A stretch of 63,906 bases of DNA, counting the filler, from Collodictyon triciliatum (taxonomy: Eukaryota): the NCBI GenBank assembly GCA_043381765.1. It is 6 parts of 6 records of this genome, joined end to end, with 100 filler letters (N's around TTAATTAATTAA, not from the genome) between each part and the next. Parts side by side here need not be neighbours in the genome. Positions count along the whole stretch, not along the records: positions 45,015 to 56,563 come from JBHJMP010002373.1; positions 56,664 to 63,906 come from JBHJMP010002383.1; 4 more parts are not named here. One strand, 5' to 3'. This document shows positions 49,717 through 63,906 of this stretch, one piece after another (the stretch's first letter is position 1; every line of letters starts with the position of its first letter). The notes beneath the pieces were generated by a model, which was given only the letters and a program-made list of their open reading frames with translations, was not told the DNA's origin and did not search any database. Position numbers and translations under genes: made by a program.

Positions 49717-52700
49717 TTAGGCCTGTGTGTTGTTCCAAACAACCGCAGCGACTCCGCGACGATACCTATTGCCATCGTTGTTATTACGATTGTTCCTATA
49801 TCTATTGTGCGTGCTGGGGGGATTCAAGACAGAGTCAAGTCCGAAAATGCATGCACCAATCAGGGAGTAGGTAGATGTGGATGTGGATGCAGTCATGTAG
49901 CAAACGAATCAGATGTAAAGAACAATAACAAGTAGTTGCGGGTAAAGGCGAGCTCACCAAAGAGTCAGGTCGCATGATGAGTCCACAGGAACCGCAACAG
50001 AAAAGAGAAGTTGCTTGCGTGATTGGTTGAGGTAGAAGGGGATGGCGATGGCCGTGCTCGGCTGCGCGTGTGAGGCAGCCTTTGGTGCCCACGAGAGGAA
50101 GCAGAGCGGGAGCTCGTCAACAAGCTTGTCTGACATCTGCATCGCTTTTCCGTCCCACACAGCGCCGAGAAGCGAAACGCCTGCACAAAGGAGAACAGCG
50201 GTTAATAGAGAATAATCTAATCAACCCATTGGATTGTAACCAGCGACAGCCACATTAAATGATGAAAGAAACTCAAAGTCGCACAACAACTTCTCCTTGT
50301 AGATGTGATTATTTTCAAAGGAAACCATATGAGAATATATTCGTTTTTCTTTTTCTTTTTTTTTCTCAGTAGAAATGGTGCTGTGTGCATTACGCACCTT
50401 TGATCTGGTAGCTGAATTCGGTCGAGGACACGGGCTGGCCAACGCAGACATGCATCTCAAGCGTTTCCAGCGACCACGAGTGATGACGGGCGAAGGCTTG
50501 GCGCGTGGCTGTGATGAATGCCTCGGGGCTGAATAGGCCGCCCAGCCAGATGGGCATTGTGTGGATGGACTTTGACCCAATCACAGACGCCAGTTGCTCG
50601 AGGCGTTTCAGCAAATCGTGAATCCAGGCACTTGTTGTTACGTTGGACTCGACTGGATAGAGCTTCCAGGATGATGGCACAATGGCTGGTATTGGATTGA
50701 TGAGGATTTCCACGAGATTAGAAACAAAGAAGAAAGAAGAAAGAAGAAAGAAGAAAGAAGAAAGAAGAAAGAAGAAAGAAGAAAGAAGAAAGAAGAAAGA
50801 AGAAGAAAGAAGAAGAAAGAAGAAGAAAGAAGAAAGAAGAAAGAAGAAAGAAGAAAGAAGAAAGAAGAAAGAAGAAAGAAGAAAGAAGAAAGAAGAAAGA
50901 AGAAAGAAGAAAGAAGAAAGAAGAAAGAAGAAAGAAGAAAGAAGAAAAACGGCAAAGAGGGAAACCAATTGGTCAAATGAAACATATAAACTTTTATTTA
51001 TATTCCGAGTATACTTCGCTCTCCCATAAATGTCTACATCTCTTTGAATATACATTTTGGTCTGGCGTGTGGGATTGGTATTAGAGGAATGACAAACCTT
51101 TGCCAAGGTCAGCCATTAGCTCGCGTGTCCGATTCGTCAGACGGTCTCGCCCATCTGCCACAGCAACGACAGATTCGAGCTCATCGCGCACGAGTCGGAG
51201 CAGCTTTCCGGCAATGTCTGCCTCTCGCTGGAACACACGGGCAAGGGGGTCTGAACTGGATGCAGCCCAGGACGGCTGTGGAATGCTCTGCAAATGTAAA
51301 GTTTTCCCAATTAATTCCCTTCGATTCTATTTTACTAAAAAGAAAGAAATGTACAGGAAAAGAGAATTCGACATTAATTTTTTTTTTCTAAAACCTTGGG
51401 CAGTAAGTTGAGCCATTCTGTTGAGGTGACCCTCAGAGGTGCCATCCAGGCAGGAACACGACTCTCACCGCTTATTTCGTCATCGGAAACCGCCTTCACA
51501 TCGTCATAAATACTNNNNNNNNNNNNNNNNNNNNNNNNNNNNNNNNNNNNNNNNNNNNNNNNNNNNNNNNNNNNNNNNNNNNNNNNNNNNNNNNNNNNNN
51601 NNNNNNNNNNNNNNNNNNNNNNNNNNNNNNNNNNNNNNNNNNNNNNNNNNNNNNNNNNNNNNNNNNNNNNNNNNNNNNNNNNNNNNNNNNNNNNNNNNNN
51701 NNNNNNNNNNNNNNNNNNNNNNNNNNNNNNNNNAGGAGCGGACCAAGATAGAAAACAAATTGATAAAAACGCTCCAGGTAGCTAGGCATCAACAAATTAA
51801 CAAATCAAATATATGCCAACGGTCATAGCAAGTCAGGAATAAATAGTGTATGAGTATATGAGAGGCGTATGATGATATAGGAGACGTAGAAAAAGATATG
51901 ATGAAGAGAGTGACCTTGATTCGTGCGCATCACAATATTTGCGCTTGGGTCTAAACCGTAGAGTGCGGGAGACTCGAAAGTGGGCATCTCGTTAATCCAG
52001 GCCTTGAACTGCTGGTATGTGCTGCTGTCCGGGATGGACACGATATGTGATGCGTCTCCAGCAAGATTGAATCCGTGTGTGTATGCGTTCGGAACAAAGA
52101 GGTGGTCGACAAGCGAAGCGAGAATCTTTTGGTCGAACTCGTTGTCTATGCGGCCGCCGTAGATGCTGTCCTTGAGGATAGTACGGATGGCAACCCACGG
52201 AATCTTCTCCACATCGACGTTGCGGCGGCTTCCAGCAGCCTGGTCAATCCAATAGTCCACCGTCTCGAGCGAGCATTTCAGGTCGTTCTCGTTGAATTCG
52301 TAGTGCTTGGACCAGCCGATTGGTGTATACTGCAGGCGCTGCTGCATGAGAGAATGAATCCACGACACAAGGAAATGTATGCGAGTACGTTCGATGGGGT
52401 CTTTGGAGCTGCGGTTTCTATTGTTGAAAAGTAATAAAATAAATGACATGACATGGTCAAACATGTAATCACTCAGTCAAACTTCTCAGCTGTTGATTGT
52501 GACGATTCTGCAGCTTCAAGAATGTAAACAGTTCATGGAAAAGTAGACATGTGATTTCACTGATAAAGGCTCATACGTTGTGACTGTATTCGAAAAGATG
52601 TTCATGAGCTGTGGTTTCATTCCGCTGGGCTGCTCAAACACAAAGACGCGAGCAGAGCGGATGAGGTTGACAGGCACGATGGCACCTTGTATTTCCATCG

Positions 52701-55700
52701 CCAAGAAGATGCGGAATTCAGGATGTGGCCTCAAGGTGTACAACTTCTTCTCCAATTGCGAGAGCCATTGCGGTGCGAGATGGATGTTTTTCAGCATGGC
52801 CCAGAAACCATTCTTTGCAGCGACGTTGATGGCCTTCTCCGCCAGGTCAAAGCCCTACAATTACGAATGCAAATTTTTTTTATTATTCAAAAGAAAAGAA
52901 AATAGCAGAGCATATCATTGAAACAAAAATTGCAGGTATGTTATTCCTATTTGTGCAAAATTTGTCTATGATTAAGCAATCACTTCGGCAGAACCGATAG
53001 CGACAGTGTTCAGTTCTTTTCCAAGCTGTGAAGCGGCTATATCGACAAGTGTGGTTGGGTCGTAACCAGGGCGACTGCAAAGGAGCATCGGTGTTGATGA
53101 GTTTAAATCATCCTGTCAGATAAGTGAATTGGGTTGTGATGTTAGCTGCTTTTCAAACATAAACAAACAACGGACAGAGCCGCTGGAGTGGGCCCCTTTA
53201 GCTCCGTTTGTTAATATATCGATATTAACAGTGAGTTGGTTACCTTTTAATATTTTTTTTTTTTGGCATTAGGTATAGGGGAATATTGGAAATATTATGA
53301 AACCTTATAAATACTCTGAATATCAACTGCCTTAGTTTCAGTGAATCTTGGATTGTCAAAGACCAGGCCAACAAACTCCTCTACAGCATCACAAAGGAAC
53401 TCAGGACGGAAAATCTTTGTGAAAAGAATCTTGTGGAACTTATTGACGATGGGTGACCTCTCTGTTTTCAAAGGATGGGTGAGTCATCCTGTTGAGTTTT
53501 ATCACATAGAAAGGATTATCACTTGTCATGGAAGCAAAGACTGGCACGATTTAAATCACGCACCTTTTCCAACAGCAAAGTCCACTTGAGTCAGCGAGGT
53601 GAATCGCTTGTATGCTTCAAAGTTGCTCTGTTGAGCGCTGACTATGGAAACAATATCACGAAGAGAAGGAACTGCAACGGACACCTGGGCAACAAATTTT
53701 CGCTCTGCATCGCTCATCCACGAAGGAAGCATCGTCCAGGTGCTTGGCTGTGTTTCCGACCCCTGTATCCATAGGTTACAATTTGAAATAGATGTGCGAT
53801 GGTAAATATAGTCAAGACTGAAAACAAAATATTATAAAAGCGCTTTGTATTAATATGCATATGGAGCTCAGAAAAGAATCGTCCAGTTGTTTGCACGCGC
53901 TATAATTTCGTATGCTCCTGACAAACCTTGAGTATGTAAGACAATTCCAGAGGATCGGGCTCGTTCTCGTTTCCGTTGAGATATATCATGGCCAAGTGAA
54001 ATGCGAAGAGAAGTTTATCCTCATTGAGCAGCCCTCGGGAGACTTTTTGGTAAAGCAGCGCAAAGATATCGTATTTCTGTTCGAATTCCAACCAAAGAAA
54101 ATGATAGGGAGGAATGAGTATGTTATTCTTGAAAAAAACGTTTTTCAATAGATATAGTGCAAACCAGGAGCGCCAGACGGGACGCAGCATCAGATGTGCT
54201 CTTTGTTGGCGAGGAGTTCAAAACCTTGTTGAAGGCATCTAAAAGGATACAATGAAGGGAAATGAGATAAAGAAAGGACTTTAGTCAAAAAAAGGATACG
54301 GCACACATATGTTATAGTTCCAACAAAAAAAAAAGTTATCAGGAAGCAAGGAGAAAGAAATAAAATGACAAAAGTAAAAGAGAGCTGACCCATGAAGAAG
54401 CCAAGTGAGAATTGATAGAGTGGGTGAATAATGCCAAGCTCCTCCAGGGTAAAATACACTCGACTACACGAATCGGCAAAAGGCTTGTATATTGCGCTAC
54501 ACATTTTAGTACAGTTAAGACTTGCCAACATTCATACAAGCGTAAAAACACTCCAACCGCGAACCAAAATGAATCAAATTCATGGCATTTTATAGCTAGC
54601 AAAGAGAAAAGAAAATGTTGAGTAAGTTGGCTGTTTTTTGAGGACTTTTAATTCCTACCTAACATCGTTGACTTCCTGCATGACATTTTCAGCCTCAGCG
54701 GCCTTTCGGTTGATTTGGCTAGCTTCATTCTTTAGCTGCTCCAGTGAAGATATTACGTGGTCGTCATCGAGGATGCTTCCTGCGATATTTTTATTCAAGA
54801 TTAATTGTGTTGCATGATACCCCCGACGACTAAGAGCGATTTTGTAAGAGCACAAGGATGAAAGAAAAAAAACCAAAAGAAAATTCAAAATCCTTTCATG
54901 ACAGGAGAAATAGAGACCTTGAGCTTCTGAGAGTGCTATCAATAAAGATTTCTCAAGCTTTCTGAGCTTGACACGGAACTCTCCTTGGAGTTTGTATATG
55001 TCCGAGCGCTTTTGCTCAATATCGGGTCGTTCCAGCTTCAAAGAAAAACCAAAGAAAATATGCATATTGTCAGAGATGCTAGATATCAGCGGATGGTCTG
55101 CAGGACAAGTATGATGCGAGCATCTGGGAGGAGTACCTTCATAATCTGGTTGAGGCATTGGCTGGAAAGGCTCGCGTTTGTCACCGTGAAGTTGACGAAA
55201 GTGACGCGGCTACAGATGTCAGGCGGGAAGCAGAAAGTGGGGTCGCGGGTCGTCAGGTATATGCAGAATGATGGTGAAAAGTCGATTTCTTGGTCACCCA
55301 GCCGAATCAACGTGCGCCCTCCAGTTTTGTGGATTTCCTGCGTAGAAGTTTAAGCTTGGTTTCTCGAGCGATAAAAGAATTCGCTATGTAAATTCAAAGC
55401 GACAACACAAGTCAAACTTAATTGCTTTCCTTTCATCTCAATTTTTTTTAGAAGAATATGATTCGAATCGAATCGAAATGATAATCAAACCCGGTTGAGA
55501 ACGGGGTTCAGAATCGGGTCGATGCGTTCGACGTCTTGGACAAGAAGGGGATACCCGAAGCGAAGGCAGCTTTCCAGACTTTTCATGAACGACTCGTCTT
55601 TTTGCATGTGTGTTTGTTTAGATAGCCACTTTGTAGTGGTCACGTGAATGAGAAAATTAAATAACATAAAAGAAGAGAGAATTGCCAAGTAAAAGGGCTA

Positions 55701-56405
55701 ACCTAGGAAGCTTGTTTTTATAATTTTCTTGGATGCATTGCTCTTCAAAATGAACTCTGTTGCTTGGCCAGAGGGGTCGATAATGAGAGGATAGCGGTGG
55801 AATCTGCAAATCATGTTTTGATTTTATATGGAAATCCGTTTGTGTAAGTTTGTGGTTTTTTTTTTTAAAAAAAAAAGGAAAGAATAAAATATTATAAATT
55901 AATAGAAAAGGACACAATTTAAAGACAGAAAGATATATCTCAATACAAATGAACTTCAATCTATATATGTCTGATTTATTGCTTCATTTGAGACGAGACT
56001 TTATCATGCATCAGGAGGTAATAAAGCCCACTGCAAATATTCGAACCTATTGAGGATTATTGCATTCTCTGTGCACAATTCGTCGGTCGGAAGAGCGTTG
56101 GCACTCCATGAGAGGCGCTCATCTGGATTGGACAAATACTCGATGACAGATAAGTCTTGGCGATGAGGGACTTTGTATTCCAGAAGAAAATCCTGCCATT
56201 TCTATGTAGAATAAAACAAAAACAAAAAAGACATAAGGCAAGAAATTGAGACGATTGTATCTCCCCTCCCCCAGAAAAGAATGGATAGGACGTGGAAGAA
56301 AAATATTTTTATTTTAAGAATGTGTGGAACCTGTATAGCAGATGTGCGATAATGCTGGTCGAGATAACCGCAGTATGTGCAGAACCCAGCGGCGATAATG
56401 ATATC
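49717..56405 (-). CDS. DYNC1H1: Cytoplasmic dynein 1 heavy chain, C-terminal part (AAA5-AAA6-C-sequence); 5' part beyond scaffold end
   Basis: [109 protein letters not shown] and terminal [11 protein letters not shown]. Confidence 0.97.
50728..50948. repeat. (AAGAAAG)n intronic microsatellite
   Basis: Direct inspection. Confidence 0.95.
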
Positions 56406-56486
56406 TGTTTTTGTTTTTATATTAAAAAAAAAAAAAAACAGGTTTAAAATTGACTCATGGATACCAGGCAAGGCTAAGATGCCTTC

Positions 56487-56541
<55 letters not shown>

Positions 56542-56752
56542 TTTTTTTTTTTTTTTTTTTTTTNNNNNNNNNNNNNNNNNNNNNNNNNNNNNNNNNNNNN
56601 NNNNNNNTTAATTAATTAANNNNNNNNNNNNNNNNNNNNNNNNNNNNNNNNNNNNNNNNNNNNTTTCTCTTCTTTCTCTTCTTTCTCTTCTTTCTCTTCT
56701 TTCTCTTCTTTCTCTTCTTTCTCTTCTTTCTCTTCTTTTTTTTTTTTCATCA

Positions 56753-59129
56753 GAAAGCAGAATGGATCAAATTTAACCGTCTCTATAAGCCTTCTGTAGA
56801 GCCTGGCAAGGCGCAAGAAACACCCACAAAGATCAAGATGGACAAAGCTACGAAATCTGTTCTAGAAGGAATCATCCCTTTGACAATTTATCGCCACGCC
56901 ATGAAAGGTTTTCCCTTGATATAAAATGTACTGGATAGATGTTTCCATTTTAAACGCGCACACAACTATCTAATGTATGTTTTGATTGAACTCCCTGGTA
57001 ATTTCTTTTTTATTTTATTCTTATTTTCTTAATTTATAGCAATTGAGAATGATTTTTCGTTCGGCCAAGGATTCCTTTCCATAGCTAAGCGAATTGATTC
57101 GAGTGAAAGGGTTGTCAATGTACCTTTTCATACATAAATTTTCAATTCATTCAATTTCCTGCTTCAATGAGGTATATTGTTAAATTAAGATTGTCGTTGT
57201 TTAACAACATCTATCCTCAGGAAATCAAGAAAGATCTTCAGCAAAGATTTGGACATAATCCAATATTGTGGGCCGAGTACGCCCTAAGGACTCTGAATTT
57301 CGATGTTGATTGGCAGAATAAGAGCTGGCCTCGTTTGTCAGGACCCATTCAATTGGCCCAAGATTATGCAGATGTACACTTCTTATACTCTTAACATAAA
57401 AATATGTGTATGTATGTATGTATGTGTGTATGTTTCCTTATGTAAATTTCTTAAAGCAAAATCATACATGTTTAAAATGTAGCAAACGAAATCTGTTGAA
57501 ACTTGGGAGAAGATTGTAGAATATTATTCGACCCTATTGTCTTTCAGGCTGAATCCAGAAGCTAGGGTTGAAGTAAAGAAATGACACTATTTATGATTTG
57601 TAGGAGAGAACGCATTGAAATATAAATCTTAGTGGTCTCTGCTGTACAAATTATTCCAACTAATCTGTATATGAACCCAGGTTATCGCGCAATTAGAGAA
57701 AATATACAAGACCTTAGCAGAATCGAATATTATGAACCAGGGTATTGCTGAAAGATGGGCATTTTTTCTATCAAAGCATTCAAAAATTGAAGACAATATC
57801 CGTATTGCAAAGGCATTATCCGATTCATTCCCTCAATCAAAGTCTATTCATCTCCACTACGCTTCATTCCTTTCGACATCATACAGCCAGAATATTGACA
57901 ATCACGGTCTGTATTGCTTACATTTCACAAGATTTTTTAATTCACGGGGGAAATACCAAGATAATGACATCCATGTATAAGAATATAATTGGCATATATA
58001 AAATACCTGGTACTGATATTTTAAAAAAAAATTGTAGTTCAAGAGATTGAGACCATATATAAGAACGCTCTCTCGAAATGTGCGAAAGATGACCACGCTC
58101 ATATATGGATGGAATATATTGCGTTTTACACGATGATAGACAAACCATGGCCTAATGTCGAACGTCTATTCCAGGTCTGGCTCTGTCAAACCATTTCACT
58201 GCATCCACGCATGCAGCACAAGATATAATGTGACTGCGTTGTATATTAGCAGTCAGGAATTATCCAACTAATACAGTCTTAAGACCCAAAAAAAAAAATG
58301 AAATCCCTTCTTAAAGACAGATTCCTAATAGGATGCCATAAGTAAAATCCAGACTGGCGATTACATTCCATTGAAAGAGACTTACTTGAGAATGGCATTC
58401 TACCACGAGAATATCGAGAAAGTGCGGAAAATAATGAACAAGTAATTTGTTTAAAGAACCTCATAATGAAATTTGGGTCACTATTTATTGTCTCGTTTGA
58501 TTTTATCATAATTCCCAAACCATGTGATTGCCATAGTGAAATTCTTTTAGCTAATCATCATATATATATAGTCCCCATATGAAAAGTGGCTCGTGTTCTT
58601 CATCTATCTTTCTTTTGGCGATAAGTATGGAAGAGTGCTGTTCACCCGTCAGTCACGATTCCATACGCCAACACTACGACGCTGCCACTAGACAATATGG
58701 GTCGAAGGACATTGGTAAAATGCACTCTATTGATATATCCCCTAACTCTGCATCATTCTTTTTCTATGTGAAAGAAAAAAATCAAAACATTACCGCATTC
58801 CACATTTCAAAAATGCCTGTGCTATCAAAAAAAAAAAAAAACTCCCTCGATAGAACCTTACATTTCCTTTTACTTGGCTGATTGATTATTATTTATGTAA
58901 CTACGAATGGATTTTGTTGATGCCTTTTATTTCGATGATTTGAAACGTTCGCCTTCTTTTGGATTGATTCCGGACACAAACATCAGGGATTTGGGTCGAA
59001 GCAGCAAAGTTTGAGAAACGAGTGGGAAATATGTCGAATATGGCGATGCTTCTCTGGAAGGCCAAAAAGGCACTTCCCATCACGCAGCGCCTCGAGCTGG
59101 ACCAGAAGTTTGCCGCACTGGCCAACTAA
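56753..59129 (+). CDS. UTP6: UTP6-like HAT-repeat SSU processome protein, C-terminal part
   Basis: VLEGIIPLTIYRHAM, FGQGFLSIAK, EIKKDLQQRFGHNPILWAEYALR and IRQHYDAATRQYGSKDI.IWVEAAKFE..LLWKAKKAL resemble UTP6 middle and C-terminal motifs. Confidence 0.75.
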
Positions 59130-59555
59130 ATAAACATCTTCCCAAAGGGTGGTTACTAGCGAGGAAGAAGAAAATAGTTAAATTCACCCGCTACTTGTTT
59201 TTACAGTTTTATAGTAGTCAGCTATGAAGGTTTGGTGTTTGTTCGGCATGAAGTGCAGTATCGTTTTCGTACAATATTTCTTTTAATGACTTTTTTTTGT
59301 TTGTTTGTTTGGTTGGTTGGTTTATTTCTTTTATGACTTTATGTATGTGTTCACTTGTTTATATAGTAAATATTGCGATGTATCAAAACCGCATAATTGC
59401 CTCGGTGAGGCAGCTGAACAAAAATCGAAGGGTGAAGACAAACAGGTAAGAGAAGGCAAAGGAAACCCTGTGCGCACATTCAAGTGCGGATTAGAGAGAG
59501 GGAGACAGAAAAAAAGGGATGGAATGGGACGAAAAAGACAGGAAGGAGGCCCCCG

Positions 59556-62500
59556 TCAAAGGTCCTGCGGTGTCTTTTCAGAGGCTATGGCGATGTTATA
59601 GTGCAGCGAAGCGTGCGAATACGCCAGCCAGACGGTGCTTTTTGGCTCTGATACCCGCGGGCGGATTTGGAGAAGCTCGTTTGTTTCCTTTGATGGATTT
59701 TTTTTTTGTTTGTTTTTGTTTCTTTGTTTCTTTGTTTCTTTGTTTCTTTGTTTCTTTGTTTCTTTGTTTCTTTGTTTCTTTGTTTCTTTGTTTCTTTGTT
59801 TCTTTGTTTCTTTGTTTCTTTGTTTCTTTGCTTCTTTGCTTCTTTGCTTCTTTGCTTCTTTGCTTCTTTGCTTCTTTGCTTCTTTGCTTCTTTGCTTAGT
59901 TGCTCGTTTGGTTGATTTAGACGCGGGCAGGACTCCGCATAGGGTTTAATGTTGGTGAAAAATCAATATATCGGTATATTTCATTGTGAAAAGTTTTAAC
60001 AAAATCCTGAAGAATACAGTGAAAAATGAAAAATGAAGTATATTTCTGGAAACAAATATAAAATCGAAGGTAAGATATACATCGGCAGTGGCCAGCAGGA
60101 CTCGAATGTTGAAGGCATCGCAGGCAGCCTGCAAGGTGATGTGGTCCCCGTATGTTCGGTCCTGCAGTAGTCCTCTTTATATGAGAACGGAATGCAGTAT
60201 AGGAACACAGTTTTTGCGATTGGAAAATAGGTAGACCCCAGAAAAAGCAATTTCATGAAAAGAATCCATGTATATATATGTGTGCTGTTTTACTTTTCTC
60301 ATGGTCTCGCAGTAGTTTAGGAAATCTCCATCAACAAACTATATCAAAATATTTAATGTTGTTGCTGTTTTATTATTTTATTTTATTTTATTTTATTTGC
60401 TGGTTTACTTTATTTTTAGATATATAGGAATGCAACTATGTGCAAAAGAGTGAATAAGGAAGAAAGCAGATGTACTAGTTGCAAATTAGGCTGTTGTGTT
60501 GATTGTGATTAGGCTGATAAGATGACTGATTAATGAGGCTGTCTGTTTGCGCTTAATATATTTTTTTATATTATGTTTTTCAATCATATTCGAGGAAGGG
60601 TTTGTTGATTATACCTCGGCAAAGACAGGCGAGTTCTGCATAATGTAATCTACAACGAACGACCTGACCTCGTGGCATTTCAATTGAGGGTTGAGTTGCT
60701 GTCCGATGGATTCAAACTGGCAATTGCCGTCTCTGAATCACAAAATTGTTAACATGACATAAAGTGGCATGCTGCGTTTTCGGGGTGATGGCAACACAAA
60801 ACTAGGGCCACTTAACAACAAGCTTAAGCAACACCTTGAAATGTTGGTTCCTTATGTAACAAAAAACAATAATAAAAATCACAAACCCTGGGACTGATAT
60901 CATGAATAAACCAAATCTATCCATCTTCATTTGTAGAGAAAGTTGGCTCTGTAAATGGAAAGGAAATACTTTGAAATTAAATACAACCTCTTGTATAAAA
61001 AAAAAAAATTCAGCGACAAACATAGCTGAGGGGAACATGTGAGATTTTCTCCAACGATATTTGGTCAGGAAAACCTTTTCAAACTCTACGGCAGTTTGTT
61101 CGTTTAATAGACTATCTGGAATCTGCTCCCATCGCTCCTGAGGGACACAGGAATCCATAAGAACTTCATCGGGTATTGTTTGCCAACCGTCTCTATCGTA
61201 TGAGGATTGCATTCTGTTTCCTCTATCAAAGTCGCTTTGTTTGATATGGTCATAACCTCTTCCTTCTTGCACTATACCCGTTCCTGAGTTAGCTGGTCCT
61301 TGGCTGTGATATGACCCAAACCCAGAAACATAAGTCCCTTGGTGAGTGGGCTGAGTTCTTGTCTCCAGTGGGTTTGAAACGTTGTAGTTTTGGTAAGCGG
61401 GATGTGTAATTGGGTTCGATCTTGTTTGGGGTGTTTGTAATTTAGATGGGGCGGGTTTTTGGGATGGGGCGATCGGATCAAACAAGGATTTGTTCTTTCC
61501 TCTGTACATGTTGTAAATTACGATTGATATGTACATTTAATTAATTATTTATTTCGTATTTGGCGAGTCGAAATATATTTGAAATAGAAACAAGAAAAGG
61601 TGACATTGATTAAATCTCCGTTATATATTTAGGAGAAAATCATTTATGAATATGAATTTATGATAGAATTACGATGTACTTTAAATGAAATAATAAAATA
61701 TAAAGGACCGTAATATGAAAAAAAATATACATCCATAAGACTCAGAAGTGATATAAATACGAATTTCAATTATAAAGAAAACTTGAATGGGTACCTGTTT
61801 TCGTTAGAGTCTTTTCTCTGAAATAAGGTTGCTATTTTTTGAAGAAACCCTGTCTTCGGTTTTGTTTGGGCTATTGCTTTCTGTCTTTCTAGTAGTGCTC
61901 TAGACCCGACGACACTGGATGACAAATCTTTCAAGCTGACGACCTAAACATACCAACAAGAATATGAAAAAGTAAACAGGAGTCAATTTACTAAATTTAA
62001 GAACACTCTTACCTCTTATACACGAATATTTTATGATTCTTAAAGCAAGATTGATATAATGCATTGGACTTCCCTTTTCCATGTGTTTGCATACGACGGG
62101 AAGGGGAAAAATTTCAAATATATGAATATATTTACCCGTGTGCTGTTTGAGCGATTCATCCGCCCAACATCTCTTGGATGTGTTAAATTCCCATTCATCG
62201 GTAAAATATCTCCCAATTGTGACTGAGGGTGTGAGTGAGGCAAAGCTACTTCATAATATTTATAGAGTAGACAATGAAGTCGCATTTTAGAATATATATA
62301 TCGACCGCCGAAATTGGAGTTAAAAGGTCCATATATCAGAAATACTGTAGCTGTGCAATATATAATGGTCATTTTCCTGACTCAAGTCCTTTTTTTTAAA
62401 AAAAAAACCCCCCTCAAACTGAAAGTTGTAAAAGTTGTGCAACTATTACACATACATGCACATAATATTTCAAAACGTGCTTCAGGGCTTCAAAGTTTTG

Positions 62501-62999
62501 GACCAATGCGTTATTATCTTCATTAAAAAAAAAATTGTTTCTTTCCAGACCGAAGAGAAGAATAGTTGGTGTGCGTATGAGAGCTACTGAATTAAAAGGA
62601 AATGAAATGAAATATAGAATCCTGGACAAGTAAGAGCCCATACCAATCGCCCGTGCGGGAGACTGATCGAGTCCATCCAGACGGATATCATCCAAGCTCA
62701 TTCTAGGCTTTTCCTTTTGGGAGATGTGAATGGTATGTGTTCTGAAAATCTTCTTCTAGAGTGTCTACACAAATACAGCTCATTTAGAAAGAAAAAAAAA
62801 ACGATCGCAGAGCACCTGCATATATATGCAAGTATTCATGAACCCAGTTTTTTGGGGCCCATGGTTCTTTCAGGTGTTGATGTACAGTCCGTAGAGGCAA
62901 GAAGGAAGCAGGCGAGGAAGGGGAAGTGGAAGGAGGAGGTAAGGAATAATTCGATTCCGAGCAAAGCGACTTGACAACGTGGCTCTCAAAATAAGCCAT
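59556..62999 (-). CDS. OTU-family deubiquitinase with long low-complexity N-terminus
   Basis: Spliced domain: GLFMISVPG-DGNCQFESIGQQL..HEVRSFVVDYI (Cys), TYGDHITLQAACDAFNIRVLL and VWLAYSHASLHYN (His). The 5' exon structure and start are uncertain. Confidence 0.88.
59715..59896. repeat. (TTTCTTTG)n/(CTTCTTTG)n intronic 8-mer repeat
   Basis: Direct inspection. The unit variant switches midway. Confidence 0.95.
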
Positions 63000-63554
63000 T
63001 CTTTCTTATATTTCTTTTTCTTTCCGTAAAGATCCCTTCCATGAAATGAGCTGGCGCGGTGACTCAAAAGATCAACACGCGGCCATGGAGGCGGACTGAT
63101 TCAACGCGCAAAGGTACAGAATAGAATAAGCAGCAAAGAAAGGCCGATAGTCTGTTAATGCGGTGTATATGTTTCCGAGAAATCGGGTAATGAGGCAATC
63201 ATTATATAATTAACACTAAATTATCATAATCTATTGCAGTCATATATATCTTATTAATAAATTAAAACTAATCAATTATTATTTTAAAGTCAAAATATGA
63301 TATGTTCCAGTTATGAGTTTTAATTTTGGAAATTAGATAAAATATATCATATATAACCTATTATAGCTAATAATTTTATTAATTAATATACTGTTGCATC
63401 AATAACGAATTGGTAATAATATATATCAAAGAAGAGAAGTCAACCCTATACGGTACTTAGATTACGCAACACAGAGCCCGTTACAACCAACGCGGCTATG
63501 CACCACAAAACGGCCGAGATTTCAAAAATTCAACTGTTTGAATCACACGTAACC

Positions 63555-63792
63555 GCCAGTATAAATAGATTCGTAACGCTTTACCTCACGCGCCGTAACG
63601 GTCAATCTGGGCATATATAGATTGCTCACAACAAGCCTCTCATTTCCACCTAGCTACACATTTCAACAACTGCTCGACACAACCCAAGCCAGCAATCAAG
63701 CAAGCAAGCAACACCTTCGGTACGCCTAACCGCACCCACCCAAGGAGCCACCAAGCAACCTACACAAACAACACCAACTCAACACCACCACC
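63555..63792 (+). promoter_or_regulatory. Putative alpha-tubulin promoter/5' UTR
   Basis: TATAAATA near 63560, a C/A-rich leader and a CACCACCATG start context. Confidence 0.35.
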
Positions 63793-63906
63793 ATGCGCGA
63801 AGTCATCTCGATCCACATCGGCCAAGGCGGAGTCCAAGTAGGCAATGCCTGCTGGGAACTGTACTGCCTGGAGCACGGAATCCAGCCGGACGGCCTGATG
63901 CCATCG
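63793..63906 (+). CDS. TUBA: Alpha-tubulin, N-terminus (runs off window)
   Basis: [38 protein letters not shown]. Confidence 0.98.
   Translation, partial: MREVISIHIGQGGVQVGNACWELYCLEHGIQPDGLMPS

Overview
This is eukaryotic, intron-rich, AT-rich nuclear DNA (a protist, standard genetic code), not a prokaryotic locus. It consists of six unrelated scaffold pieces joined by artificial N44-TTAATTAATTAA-N44 linkers about every 11.65 kb, so adjacency across linkers means nothing. Genes were reconstructed by manual splicing: ATG4 protease, a membrane-anchored TKL kinase, tRNA-Asn(GUU), a four-domain voltage-gated Ca/Na channel (5' half), a large NLR-like STAND gene, an unknown gene, an AKAP17A-like gene that appears to splice in frame into a DAG-lipase-like hydrolase, a Frizzled/Smoothened-like GPCR, cytoplasmic dynein heavy chain (3' part), UTP6 (3' part), an OTU deubiquitinase and the start of alpha-tubulin. 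Decayed retroelements and many microsatellites are also present. The best candidate for a new system is the NLR-like receptor. Small spliced 5' exons are grafted onto one ~6.3-kb exon encoding ARM-like helical + NACHT + pentapeptide + 15 near-identical WD40 repeats with hypervariable surface positions. An in-frame TAG then separates this from the family-typical C-terminus and a SEL1-like repeat. Second is the apparent AKAP17A-lipase fusion, and third is a candidate minor (U12) intron in the channel gene. Family assignments rest on motif recall, not database searches.
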